In this document: piece by piece, positions 52,114 to 63,760 of the stretch
Layout of the letters: each line of letters opens with the position of its first letter
Numbering within the stretch: position 1 is the first letter of the stretch
NCBI GenBank assembly: GCA_010909165.1
Contig: MU008170.1
Coordinates: 310,001-374,000, forward strand
DNA length: 64,000 bases
Source: Anthoceros angustus
Taxonomy: Eukaryota; Plantae; Anthocerotophyta
Direction of reading: 5' to 3'
Position numbers and translations under genes: made by a program
Notes under the pieces: generated by a model
The model's database searches: none
Told to the model about the DNA's origin: nothing
The model's input: only the letters and a program-made list of their open reading frames with translations

Positions 52114-52776
52114 TCAAGATTGGGTCTTCTCGTGAAACACCCTCCAATTCACCTCGACACCAGCAAGTTTCTCCAGCGCAATCCCCAGGGCCGTAAGCCT
52201 AGGGATCCGCTTCTCCCCCAAGCTGGGCCTCAACTCGTACATGCCATAAACAAGAACATCAATTTCCCTCCATTCTTCTTCGCTGAGGGCAGTAGTTCCC
52301 CGCCAACCATGCCCCTCGTTAAAACTAGGGGGGCCAAAAAGCTTCTCCACCTCCTCATTCCCCAACATTTCCCTCAGTCCATTTGCGAGCCCCAAGTCTT
52401 TGATATCCACCCCAGCACGACGGATGCTGCCATCAGCCGCCCTCCATGTCCATCTTGCCATGGGCTCTTTCGCTTCTGCCCATATTCCCTCTAGAAGCGC
52501 TCTCTTTGCTGCTGCTCGGCGCTCCTTCCCTTTCCGGCTCCGCTTTTCCGCTGCCCTACTTTTGGATTCCATGGATCTGCCACTTCGGCGCTTGGGCACC
52601 TCAGGTGAGGTTGCTTCCACCTCACCTCCAGCCTCGTCACTATCACTAGATGAGTGCCCAGAGCTCCCCTCCTGAGTGTGGTCTTCCACATCCCTGGCGT
52701 CCTCGCTTTCTTCAAGCTCCGGACGTTTGCCCTTAGATGAATTCCCTCTGCACACACAATTCAGAGGAAGGACCAC
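52114..52776 (-). other. Uncharacterised TE-associated coding exon
   Basis: 220-aa ORF with an acidic/basic low-complexity N-terminus and a globular-looking C-terminus (..LYELRP..IPRLTALGIALEKLAGVEVNW). It lies in the same orientation as the remnants at 47.8-51.3 kb. Confidence 0.35.
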
Positions 52777-53312
52777 TGTTAAGTTAAATGGAAAGCACGG
52801 TTAGGTAGGCAGCGAGCACCATCCACATCTGCAGCATGAAAAGCACTCTAAGCACTGCCTCGAGCTGGCCAGGTTGGTTAATAAGATCCGTGAGAGTGAC
52901 TAGAATCAAGTTTGCCTCTCACTTTGTTTTCTCGCCGCCTTCGATCGAGGCAAAGGGCAAAAGTCGAGTCACCGCTTTCGGGCATAGTGGGAGGCCTCCA
53001 TGACCCAGGCCCGCCCTTGCAAGGTGCAGCGGCGGCATGCCAGATAAAACCAGCGACATCACCGCAGCACGCCGACATCAAGTCCCCATCACGACGGCTG
53101 CCTTGTCCTCCGCCATCCGCAACTCTCGTCAGGGCAGGCCCATGTCCGGCCCCAAACCACGGCTGGGCTCGAGGAGGCTCCTGGCGGGGTCTCGGGACAT
53201 GAGCTTAGAGGTGCCTCCCACCTTGGGCGTAAGTTGCCTTGCACTTGACGATCACCACCTCACCCAATCGCACCTAAACACCCAAACATGCAATCATACC
53301 TGGAGGCCATCC

Positions 53313-55510
53313 GTATCCTGGCTTCCGAGCTCCTAGGTGGGCGTTTCCTACCACGGGCACCGAATCTTTGTCGAGGCGGGGTCATGGCGGCAAATGCAAG
53401 CCGAACCCAGCAATTGCGGCTCGGGCGACCTACCTCGCATTGGTGGCTCGAACTTGGCTGTCCTCGGCGTGGCCCGATCTCCCTTCCGCACTGGCCTCTA
53501 GTAGGGACCTCATTGTGGTTGAGTTGGGCACCCTCCTCCCCTTCCTCCTGAACACTCCAAATGGCGATGGTGTCAAGCAGCGGCGACGCCTCCGAGAGCT
53601 CCCGCGTGAAGTCGAAACTGCCAGCCTTCACGCCCAGTTGCTTCCAAGTTCCCAAGTTATGCTGTACATGACATGTTCACAATCCAAATTTCACTTAACT
53701 TCAAACTATATAAATATTGGATAACCGAACCTTGCCTTATATGCAGCACATAGTGCACATTTGCATATGTCACAAAATGTGGTATACCTAACCCTGCTTG
53801 CACGTAAGAACGGCTAATGTTGTTTCTGGAATCTGACGGTGTGCTGATTCCTTGGCCTTCGGACAACTAGTTGTTTTGTCCTTGGCCTTTGGGGTTTTGA
53901 AATTGGCCGCAACAGTATGTAAGGAGGGAGTTGGATAGTGATAAACCATTCAGACTGATAGGAGGGATTGAGAGGAGGAGCGACTGGAGCGCTCTGTGGA
54001 GAAGGAGTTGCCGGAGCACTTGGCCGTGACTGGAGGAACGCCGACCAAAGCCATCCGGCGAGGAAAAGTGAAGATGAAGACGCAACCGCCTTGCGCCTAG
54101 GATTTATGCAAGCCTTCCAGTGACAGGAGGCGGCAGCCCCATTGGTGAAGGAAAAGAAGAAGGAAAAACCAAGGAAGGCCGAAAAGAGCATGCCGAGAAG
54201 GAGGGGCCATGGTTTTGTGTTTGATGTGCAAGTCTCAGAGACTTGTGGAATTTTCGACGATGCGCGGATGACAACGTCATTGCATGGGCCTAATACGCAT
54301 TGGGCCTACTCTAACATGGAATTGGTGGAGGCTTGTTACAGTGACTCCGGCTCAAGGAGGAAGAAGCGGAGAAAATGGATGACGAGGGGCGTCTGAGCGG
54401 CGAAGGATGGTATCCGGCTTCGAGCTCCTAGGTGGGCGTTTCCTACCTGGGCGAATCTTTGTCAGGCGGGGTCATGGCAGCAAATGCAAGCCCCGAACCC
54501 CAGCAATTGCAGCTCAGGCGACCTCGCACAGTTGGTGGCTCCGAACTTGGCTGTCCTCCCCGGCGGCGCTGGCCCGATCTCCCTTCCGCCTGCCTGGCCT
54601 CTAACCGTGGGGACCTCATTGTGGTTGAGTTGGGCACCCTCCTCCCCTTCCTCCTGAACACTCCAAATGGCGATGGTGTCAAGCGGTGGCGCCTCGAGCT
54701 CCGCGTGAGTCGAGACTGCCGCTTCACGCCCAGGTACTTTCGGTTCCCAAGTTATCTTGTACATGACATGTTCACAATCCAAATTTGACTTAACTTCAAA
54801 CTATATAAATATTGGATAATCAACCTTGCCTTATAATACATAGTGCACATTTGCATATGTCACAAAATGTGGTATACCTAACCACCTTGCCGTAACGGCT
54901 AATGTTGTTTACGGAATCGGCGGTGTCTTGATTCCTTGGCCTTCGGACAACTAGTTGTTTTGTCCTTGGCCTTTGGGGTTTTGAAATTGGCCGCAACAGT
55001 ATGTAAGGAGTTGGATAGTGATAAACCATTCAGACTGATAGGAGGGATTGAGAGGAGGAGCGACTGGAGCGCTCTGTGGAGAAGGAGTTGCCGGAGCACT
55101 TGGCCGTGACCTGGAGGAACGCGACCAAACTGTCCAGCAGGAGGAAAAGTGAAGATGAAGACGCGCAACCGCCTAGGATTTATGCGCAAGCCTTCCAGCA
55201 GCAAGGAGGCGACGGCCCCATTGGTGAAGGAAAAGAAGAAGGAAAAACCCGCGAAGGGGAAGGCCGAAAAAGAGCATGCCGAGAAGGAGGGGCCATGGTT
55301 TTTGTGTTTCAGTGTGCAAGTCTCTCCGAGAGACTTGTGGAATTTTCGACAGTGGGCTGCGGATGACAACGTGCAGCTGCAGTGGGCCTACAATACGCAT
55401 TGGGCCTACTCTAACATGGAATTGGTGGAGGCTTGTTACAGGCAGCTCCAGCTCAAGGAGGAAGAAACGGAGAAAATGGATGACAGGGACGTCTAGACAG
55501 ATCCGAAGGG
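53313..55510. repeat. Tandem duplication, 2 x ~1.1 kb, covering a + strand unknown ORF remnant
   Basis: 53313-54409 is repeated at 54410-55510 (both encode NTHWAYSNMELVEACY). The copies differ by indels. Confidence 0.88.
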
Positions 55511-56199
55511 ATGGACTGTCCAGCACATCCGCAAGGTGTATGGGAGGCCAGAAAGCGAGAGTGAGGGTGTGGCTCCCACCGAGAGAAATGAAGAAGGCAA
55601 GAGGGCAGTAGTGGCTGATCTTCCTGAGGAAGCTCTCAACATGCTTATTGGAGGGGGTGGACGCCAGAAGGCAGCTACTGGAGGAGACAGATTATGGACC
55701 TCAAATGGAAGCTTTTCACAAGGATAGTGCTGGGGCTGACTTGTTGTCAAAAGCACTTACTTCAGCAATGCGTTCTTTCATTTTATATGGAAATTCAAGC
55801 AAGGAGCTCGACTGGAGGGGACAATATCATCGCCTATGAGCATCAACGAGACAAGTCGAGGCCAAACATAGTGGACAATAAAGGAGCAAGGCACAGCCAT
55901 TCGAGCACTTACCTGGTGCACCTGTGGGCGGCACATGGAGTACTTACAGAAGAGGAGCTGGAGGAGTCTTACTAGCCATTTGAAGTAGTCCCTCTTCAGG
56001 ATGGTACAGGGGTCCCTCACCAAAAGAAGGTTAAGAAGGCGGAGGAGGAACCCAAGGTGGAGCAAGGGGGTGCTTCAACTACCACCTCCTCGAGGTGTTG
56101 CTCTTCATTGATAGAATACATACTTGAGTATGGCTATCTGCTCTTTATTAATAGAATACCCACTTGAGTCTGGCTATCTACGCCCAATTGGCTACTGCC

Positions 56200-56712
56200 C
56201 TTGACTCAATGTCTGGCTACTGCCCTTGACTCAACGTTTGGCTATCTTGACTCAACGTCTGGCTATCTTGACTCAACGTCCACCTATCTTGACTCAACGT
56301 CCAGCTATCTTGACTCAACATCTAGCTATCTTGAGTCAACGTCTAGCTATCTACGCCCAGCTGCCTATTGCCCTTGACTCAACGTCTAGCTCACTACGTC
56401 CAATTGGCTACTGGCTCCTGCCCTTGACTCAACGTCTGGCTATCTTGACTCAACGTCCAGCTATCTTGACTCAATGTCTAGCTATCTTGACTCAACGTCT
56501 GGCTATCTTGACTCAACGTCCAGCTATCTTGACTCAATGTCTAGCTATCTTGACTCAACGTCTAGCTATCTACGCCCAGCTACCTCCTGCTCTTGACTCA
56601 ACGTCTAGCTCACTACGCCCAATTGGCTACTGGCTACTGCCCTTGACTCAACGTCTGGCTATCTTGACTCATTGTCTAGCTCACTACGCCCAACTGGCTA
56701 CTGCCCTTGACT
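56200..56712. repeat. 21-bp degenerate minisatellite (CTATCTTGACTCAACGTCTGG) with higher-order repetition
   Basis: Translates as repeated LAILTQR. The block ending PIGYWLLP recurs. Confidence 0.9.
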
Positions 56713-56869
56713 CTAGGGATTCTTACAGACCAGTGATCATCAAGAGTCCACTCTATGCATCTCTTGATTAATGGCTGCAGCAATTCCTCTCTAGTAAGAG
56801 ATTACATGAAGCATGCAACATATGCATCTTCTTAACAAGGCAGCTACTAATTAGCTTTTTATCTCTCTA

Positions 56870-57295
56870 AATATCTCACTTTTTCTACCTTATTTCATCA
56901 GAGCTGTTACTGTCTTGGTCCAATAGAAAAAATTGTGGATAAACTTTTTTACCTCTTTTAATATTTCACCTTTCTACTTTATTTCATTAGTGTTGTTACT
57001 ATCTTGGTCCTACATAAAAATTTAAGGATAATTTTTTTACCTCTTTTAATATTTCACTTTTTTACCTTATTTCATCGTCATTCGTCTTGGTCCAATAGAA
57101 AAAATTGTGGATAAACTTTTTTACCTCTTTTAATATTTCACCTTTCTACTTTATTTCATTAGTGTTGTTACTATCTTGGTCCTACATAAAAATTTAAGGA
57201 TAATTTTTTTACCTCTTTTAATATTTCACTTTTTTACCTTATTTCATCAGTACCGTTATTGTCTTGGTCCTAAAGAAAAATTTGAGGATAAATTA
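56870..57295. repeat. AT-rich ~86-bp tandem repeat (dimer of ~172 bp duplicated)
   Basis: TCTTGGTCC-anchored units at ~56913, 57002, 57085, 57174 and 57262. Confidence 0.85.
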
Positions 57296-57489
57296 GAAGG
57301 AGATGATCGGTAGTGTAAAACTCCAATCTAAGTAGTGAAATGGGAAGTTTGATTTACTTATATTTCCATTTCCATCATTAGTAGGCATTCCAACCCCATG
57401 ATAAAAAGTAGCTGGTGTCCTGGTATAAGTCATCTCTTGAGCAAAACCCCTAGGGTGAGGTGAGGTGAGGTGAGGTCTTGGTCTGCGGG

Positions 57490-58903
57490 ATGGATGCGGA
57501 TGCATCATTCGTTCCGAAGCGAAGTTTGACTTGCCATGTGGTGCAGCAAAGCCAAGGCCTGAGGTGCATGCGAATGCGAATGCGGATGCGGATGCGGATG
57601 CGGATGCGGATGCGGATGCGGATGCGGATGCGGATGCGGATGCGGATGCGGATGCGGATGCGAATGTGAATGTGGAGGACGTTGTCCATGGCCAGTGGGG
57701 CCAGCTGCATGACGACATAGTGGCCAAGATACAGGCTCATCTGCCGCTGGTGAGCCTGGTGCGGTCGCGCGCAGTTTGCAAAGGTTGGCAGGAGGCCGTG
57801 GCGTCGCCCTCTTTGTTGCGGGAGCGGTTGGCATCGATATCTCTAGCACCAGACCCATGGATGCTATTCGTGGTAGGCTTCTACAATTCCAACAGCGACG
57901 ACGACATCGATAGTGCACCTATCCACCCTCCCCACTACGTCGGCGGCATCGCGACTTCCTACGCCTATGAGCCCGCCTCCGACCGCTGGTACCAGCTCCA
58001 ACTCCCGCCATGGCTCGGGCCCCTCCTGGACCTGATCCCGGAGAGTCCGCTCTGGGCGTTGAAGCACGCGGATGGACGTATGAAGTTCATGGGTTCCATG
58101 GGTACCGACTGGTTCTGGGTGAGGACCGGTTGGGCCTGCGTGGCGCACTTCCCGTGCAACCCAATGGTGGGGTTGATGTATGTGTATGGCATGTTGGTGG
58201 ATGCCACGGCGTGCTGCTTCAAGCTGGTGGCCGTGAGTTCGATGGATGGCCTGGGAGACGTCCCCACCTTTGTCTTCGACTCCACGCTGGGGACGTGGAC
58301 CAAGACAACCCGCTCCTTTCCCGATTTGGGGGACGATGTCCCATACGGGCGGGCAGTGCCTGTAGGCTCGGTGCTCTACCGCGTTGTTGGATATCCAATG
58401 AACTGCAATCTGCTGTGCTACGACCTGGAGCGGGCGGAGTGGAGCTTGTTGGCCGTGGCCAAGCCTCGCCGCTTCGTAATCTGCCAGTGCAACCTCATCA
58501 ATGTGCGGGGCCGGCTGCTATGCGTGGTCCTTGGCGTGCATCGCAAGGGGAAGGCATACCGATCTTCATCGCGTCCGTCTCTGCAGATTTGGGAGCTGGA
58601 TTTCGCCCGCATGACCTGGGTGCCGGTGAACACCATGCCAGATTCCATGCTCACTGACTTCTTGGATGTGTACTACAACGATATACGGCGCCAAGCGATG
58701 TGGGCGGTGGGACGGATGTGGCGTACATCATGCGACAACACGACAAGATTGCGGCTGTCGACTTCAAGAAAACTCCTCCGGCTTGGAGGTGGCTCCCCTC
58801 CTTCCCCTACAAGCATTTTAACGCACCGAGCTTTCAGTGCCTCGATTTGGCACCGAGCTTTCAGTGCCTGGGTGCTTGGCTGCAACTTGGTACTAGAAGT
58901 TAG
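57490..58903 (+). CDS. F-box protein with beta-propeller/kelch-like C-terminus, intronless; start uncertain, frameshift near 58690
   Basis: WGQLHDDIVAKIQAHLPLVSLVRSRAVCKGW F-box, AYEPASDRWY, FKLVAV, VFDSTLGTW, CYDLERAEW, RGRLL, LQIWELD..W. The C-terminus WRWLPSFP..LQLGTRS* is in ORF 58700-58903. Confidence 0.8.
57569..57666 (+). repeat. (GCGGAT)n hexanucleotide repeat in the F-box N-terminal coding region (poly Ala-Asp)
   Basis: About 16 GCGRAT units in frame with the downstream F-box. Confidence 0.95.
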
Positions 58904-58986
58904 GTTTTTGAAGTGGACACTCAAACAATTCCATTTCTTTCTTAAAGAATCGCCGAAAGTCGAGCAACCACGACATCCTTTAAATC

Positions 58987-59850
58987 AGTTCATGGGTTCC
59001 ATGGGTACCCCAGGTTCGGGTGAGGACCGGTTGGGCTGCGTGGCGCACTTCCGTGCAACCCAATGGTGGGTTGATGTATGTGTATGGCATGTTGGTGGAT
59101 GCCACGGCGGCCTTCTTGCTGGTGGCCGTGAGTTCGATGGATGGCCTGGGAGACGTCCCCACCTTTGTCTTCGACTCCACGCTGGGGACGTGGACCAAGA
59201 CAACCCGCTCCTTTCCCGATTTGGGGGACGATGTCCCATACGGGCGGGCAGTGCCTGTAGGCTCGGTGCTCTACCGCGTTGTTGGATATCCAATGAACTG
59301 CAATCTGCTGTGCTACGACTGGAGCGGGCGGAGTGGAGCTTGTTGGCCGTGCCAAGCCCGTAACCGCCGGTGCAACCTCATCAATGTGCGGGGCTGTCAC
59401 GTGGTCCTTGGCGTGCATCGCAAGGGGAAGGCATACCGATCTTCATCGCGTCCGTCTCTGCAGATTTGGGAGCTGGATTTCGCCCGCATGACCTGGGTGC
59501 CGGTGAACACCATGCCAGATTCCATGCTCACGACTTCTTGGATGTACTACAACGATATACATAGCATGGCGCATCAGTATGGCGGGGCGGGATGTGGCGT
59601 ACATCATGCGACAACACGACAAGATTGCGGTACCGAAAGAAAACTCCTCCGGCTTGGAGGTGGCTCCCCTCCTTCCCCTACAAGCATTTTAACGCAGAGC
59701 TTTCATTGCCTCGATTTGGCACCGAGCTTTCGATGCACAGGTGCTTGGCTGCAACTTGGTACTAGAAGTTAGGTTTTTGAAGTGGACACTCAAACAATTC
59801 CATTTCTTTCTTAAAGAATCGCCGAAAGTCGAGCAACCACGACATCCTTT
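58987..59850 (+). pseudogene. Tandem partial copy of the 3' part of the preceding F-box gene
   Basis: 58084-58985 is repeated with many small deletions. GTTCATG occurs at the junctions. Confidence 0.85.
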
Positions 59851-59989
59851 AAATCTGGTTCATGTGAATTGGCGTCCGCGAGCGTTTTTTCCACTGTCCG
59901 CAGCAATCACTTGTAGACTACATGTACAGTGAGGGCTAGGGTAGCTACAAAATTCTGCACTCAAGCTTTGAATGAAGAGCAGCAGCACC

Positions 59990-60270
59990 AGGCAAAGTGC
60001 GGAGGTTTGTGAACTGGCTACTTGAAGTCCACCAAAGTGCATGTGGCGCAAGTGGAGCCGCCATCTCCAAGGTCTTCCCGTTGCACGAGTGCACGTGGGC
60101 TTCTCGTTTTTTTGCTTTTCATCAGTTGAGGGCTCATTTTCCTAACCGGAGATATGTGGATTGTCTTGTTCGTTACGACATGCTTGGACGTTTTTGGCAA
60201 AAGATTCCCTAGAGTTCCGCTCAAGTTCTCGGCATTTTCCAATCTATGCCCAATTTGGGGCCAATTTGAG
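59990..60270 (+). pseudogene. C-terminal fragment of an F-box paralogue of the 37133-38502 gene
   Basis: VDCLVRYDMLGRFWQKI..IFQSMPNL aligns with VDCAVAYDMFGRSWLKV..VFQPMPNL. Confidence 0.6.
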
Positions 60271-61142
60271 GCCAATGCACCTGCTGGCGCTGGGGTAGGA
60301 GGAGGGGGTGGTATTCCCCACCAGGACGGAGAGTGGGCTGAACTACATCATCCGTGGGTTGAGGGACGGGTTAGACTGGGTAGGAGCCGGATTCTGATGC
60401 TGTCCGTCGCCGCCGGCCTCCATCTCAAGATGAGGCCTTCGCGGATCTCCTCAGAACAATGCGCAAACCAGAAATGAGAGCCCTGAAACTCTGAGCCCTA
60501 AACAACAGTGCATTTGGTCACACTAAGGCTCCACCTTCTACCACGAAGTTTGCGTCTCCACGTCTTCGCCCTCGGCTCACCTCTGATAGGCACTGTCAAC
60601 TGACCGTCTCCCTCCATGGCAAGCCCGTCACCCCATCTCGGCGTTATCCGGACATTATTGTATGTTGTTCGCATGCGCATCGTGAACCATATGAAGATGT
60701 AGGAACGTGAGCTGTTCTCGACACTCCACCGTGGGAACAAAGCGGAAAAAGCCTTCCAGGCAGACGGCTGATTAGATGGTGCTATCCTGTACAACTTCAG
60801 TAGTTTGAAGAGCTTCACCACTATTGATGACACGAGATGTATCAGAGGAAAGTTAACAATTACATCACGAGCTCTAAGGACTTCAGTATTCTTCCTAAAT
60901 GACTCAGCAGATGCAAAACTTTGCATGAGCCCCTTTGGCTCTACTCCCGACATCGAACTGAATGGGAACAGGCTGAACCTCCACATGTCCTCAGTGCCGC
61001 CAAAATCCCACATGTCAAGCTGGAAAGCTGGGGAGAGGGCACTGCCGATAAGATTCATCCTCTCCATAAAAAAAAAAAAAAGGTGAGCCGACCGTTGAGA
61101 CGCAGCTTGCTGAGGGCCTGAACATGAAACAGGGAATTGAAC

Positions 61143-61800
61143 TCAAAGCCTCAAATTCGGCAGGGGTTGGAAAACATCCCCACATTGAGCAATAACCTGG
61201 GGAGCCTTTCACCACAATCACCGAAGCATATCATAAGCAACAGGATAAACCATGTTTCTGTCACAACGATTAACCCCTACCTGATAAAAGAAAACCACGA
61301 GGTCCCCAGAAACGTGCACATTCTTCAGCCAAGCCTGCTTCTTTGGATGGGTCGGTGGCGCATGTCGTGCGGTTCCGTAATTTCACCCCATACCGGCCAT
61401 CATCGTCCAACATCCAGATACCATCGCAGATGCACAACAGCCGTCCACGGTGGCTTTCCACAAAAAATTCCCTCATGTCATGCTGGAGTCGCGCTGTGTC
61501 GGGATAGAAAGTCCATGTGTGTAGAGGGAGGATAAGGGTAATATCTTGACATCTAGAAATGTCATGTATCGCTAGCCATTGGTTTCCAGGTAGGTCGTGA
61601 TGCATTATCGTGATTTCTTTGTATCATAGCAAGGAGATTCATCACGAGGCGGTGTGACCGAAACACAATCATGAAGAAGGATGGAAGGCGACGCATGGCG
61701 AGAGGGAGCAGCGGAGGGAGAGAGACAGGCGATTGGGCTCGGAACACAAGAGGCAAGCGTGCTTGGTTTAGGACAGTCTTGAGAGTCTCTTGAGCGAGGG
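61143..61800 (-). pseudogene. Internally deleted F-box paralogue of the 37133-38502 gene
   Basis: HRGRLLCICDGIWMLDDDG matches HRGRLLCCSCSSGIWMLDDSG. Nucleotides around the stop (TTGAACTCAAAGCCTCAAATTCGGCA) are the same as at 37127-37152. F-box-like TLKTVLNQARLPL lies upstream. Confidence 0.65.
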
Positions 61801-62244
61801 AGTGACGAGCTCCCGTCATTGAGATTAGTAGATCGCAAGCTTGATTTTTGAGATTTTGAGCGGATGTCCGAGTCTGACATTTTGTTTCAAATGTGAATTG
61901 TTGCGGCAATATGCCTGGCTCTTGTTGTGAACTCTCAACTCACCGCGTTCGATCGGCTGATAGACGCTGATTGAATGAGAAATTTCACTCTCAAGACTCG
62001 TTCTGGATGTGCGCGTGTGATGGCGTCTTGAACATGTTGTTTAACCAGAGGACCTCATCGGACTCCTTGCACCGAATGTCAGGCGAGTGAGAGCTCCTCT
62101 TACCTCGCTTAGTTTCCCACGCACAAGAGGGGAGTCCTAGGAAGTGGTGGTGGGAGGACGGTTACTTGGTGTGGTCACACTGAGAAGTGGTGGCCACTTA
62201 AGTCCGCTACCTGAGTCCGGTAGTCCTATCTATTCAAATGGGTA

Positions 62245-62598
62245 GGACTCAAGTCCTTGGTCTTTGGGGTTTCGAAAGGAACAGACTCAAGTCCTTGGTC
62301 TTCGGGGTTTCGGAACGATGTTCTTTGGTCCTTGGGAAAGTAGCAAGTAGATAGAAGCCTATTTCGAGTCCTTGGTCTTCGGGGTTAGGAAGGATGTTCC
62401 TTGGTCCTTGGGAAAATGGTATGTAGATAGAAACCTATTTCGAGTCCTTGGTCTTCGCGGTTTCAGAAGGATGTTCCTTGGTCCTTGGGAAAATAATATG
62501 TAGATAGAAACCTATTTCGAGTCCTTGGTCTTCGGGGTTTTGGAAGGATGTTCCTTGGTCCTTGGGAAAGTAGCATGTAGATAGAAACCTATTTCGAG
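62245..62598. repeat. ~77-bp tandem repeat, 4-5 copies
   Basis: GAGTCCTTGGTCTTCGGGGTTT..GTAGATAGAAACCTATTTC units at ~62366, 62442 and 62519, plus partial upstream units. Confidence 0.9.
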
Positions 62599-63208
62599 GG
62601 CCGAGGAAGGCAACTTCCTTGAACCATGGGAATTCTGTTTTTCTAGATATTGCATGTAGGGCTATCTATGCATGTTAGGCAGACTGCAGGGGGTAAAATT
62701 GGCCGAATCATCAAGGGCCTAGTGAGGACACGTATACAATCTCGCTACTCCATGGCTGGAGTAGTGAGTTCAACCCTAGGCCAGGGAGTATACCAGCACT
62801 TGCAGCTGGGCTCCCTTCTATTGAAAAATTTTATAGCAACCTGTGAATCTAGGTAGGAATCCTAGTGTACTTCCTTTTGGATTGCAGCCTTGTGCAATTC
62901 CAATGGAGATACACTAGGACAACTGCTTGATTGGCAGGCTACATATAAAGATTTGTAATACAATGATATGCAGAGTTCTTGCATATTAGCAGCACAAAGT
63001 CAGGCCTAATGAAATGGCCAATCCAGAGCGCCAGCAGTGGCAGCCTTGTCCTGCTGAGCTAATTTCTAATAGACGCAATAGGTATAGAGTTTCTGATAGG
63101 CCTACACTTGCTGATAATCTAAATAGTATGCCAGAATTGCTGAAAAAATCAGTCTTCAGAGGGATTTCACGAAGCATGGTTAGTCGTAACATCTGAAATG
63201 TAGAGGCA

Positions 63209-63370
63209 TGTTGAAATGTTGAAATGTTGAAATGTTGAAATGTTGAAATGTTGAAATGTTGAAATGTTGAAATGTTGAAATGTTGAAATGTTGAAATGTT
63301 GAAATGTTGAAATGTTGAAATGTTGAAATGTTGAAATGTTGAAATGTTGAAATGTTGAAATGTTGAAATG
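63209..63370. repeat. (TGTTGAAA)n octanucleotide repeat, ~20 copies
   Basis: Perfect 8-bp periodicity. Confidence 0.97.
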
Positions 63371-63625
63371 TCAGCTGCACATATTTGGATGAGGTTGAAG
63401 GACCTGCATGCAGGACATGAGTGTAATGGCAGCATTGAGGTGATTCGACTGAAAAACACATAGGAGTATTTAGATCCTTAGCTGCTAAGGTTGAAGGATC
63501 TTATGGTGACCTTCTGAGTGAAGAGGAGCTCACACTTTGACTCCTCATCTCACTTCCAGAATCTTGATCTCATTTCCTGAGCTCAAACACAGCATCCCAA
63601 ACGCAAGCCAGAAGGTTAGCTGAAG

Positions 63626-63760
63626 CAACTGGAGTATGTGCCTACACAAGAAAACCCTGCAGATATATTAACGAAAGCTCTTTCAAAAGAGCTGCACGAG
63701 AAGCATGTTCGAGGTCTGGGGTTAGGAGAGTCTGGAACTTTCCTATCTAACCCCAACTAG
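63626..63760 (+). mobile_element. Copia RNase H C-terminal fragment
   Basis: QLEYVPTQENPADILTKALSKELHEKHVRGLGL, the canonical copia ADILTK terminus. Confidence 0.75.

Noticed and set aside
56226-56771. LAILTQR repeat protein
   Set aside because: It is a translation of a 21-bp minisatellite with no ATG start or other evidence of coding.
58904-59363. C-terminal part of the 610-aa ORF as a genuine long F-box protein
   Set aside because: It is produced by a frameshift near 58690 and read-through into the tandem partial duplicate.
62986-63461. ISTFQHFN repeat ORFs, and the 8-mer as a telomere
   Set aside because: They are translations of (TGTTGAAA)n, which is not the plant TTTAGGG telomere motif and is internal.
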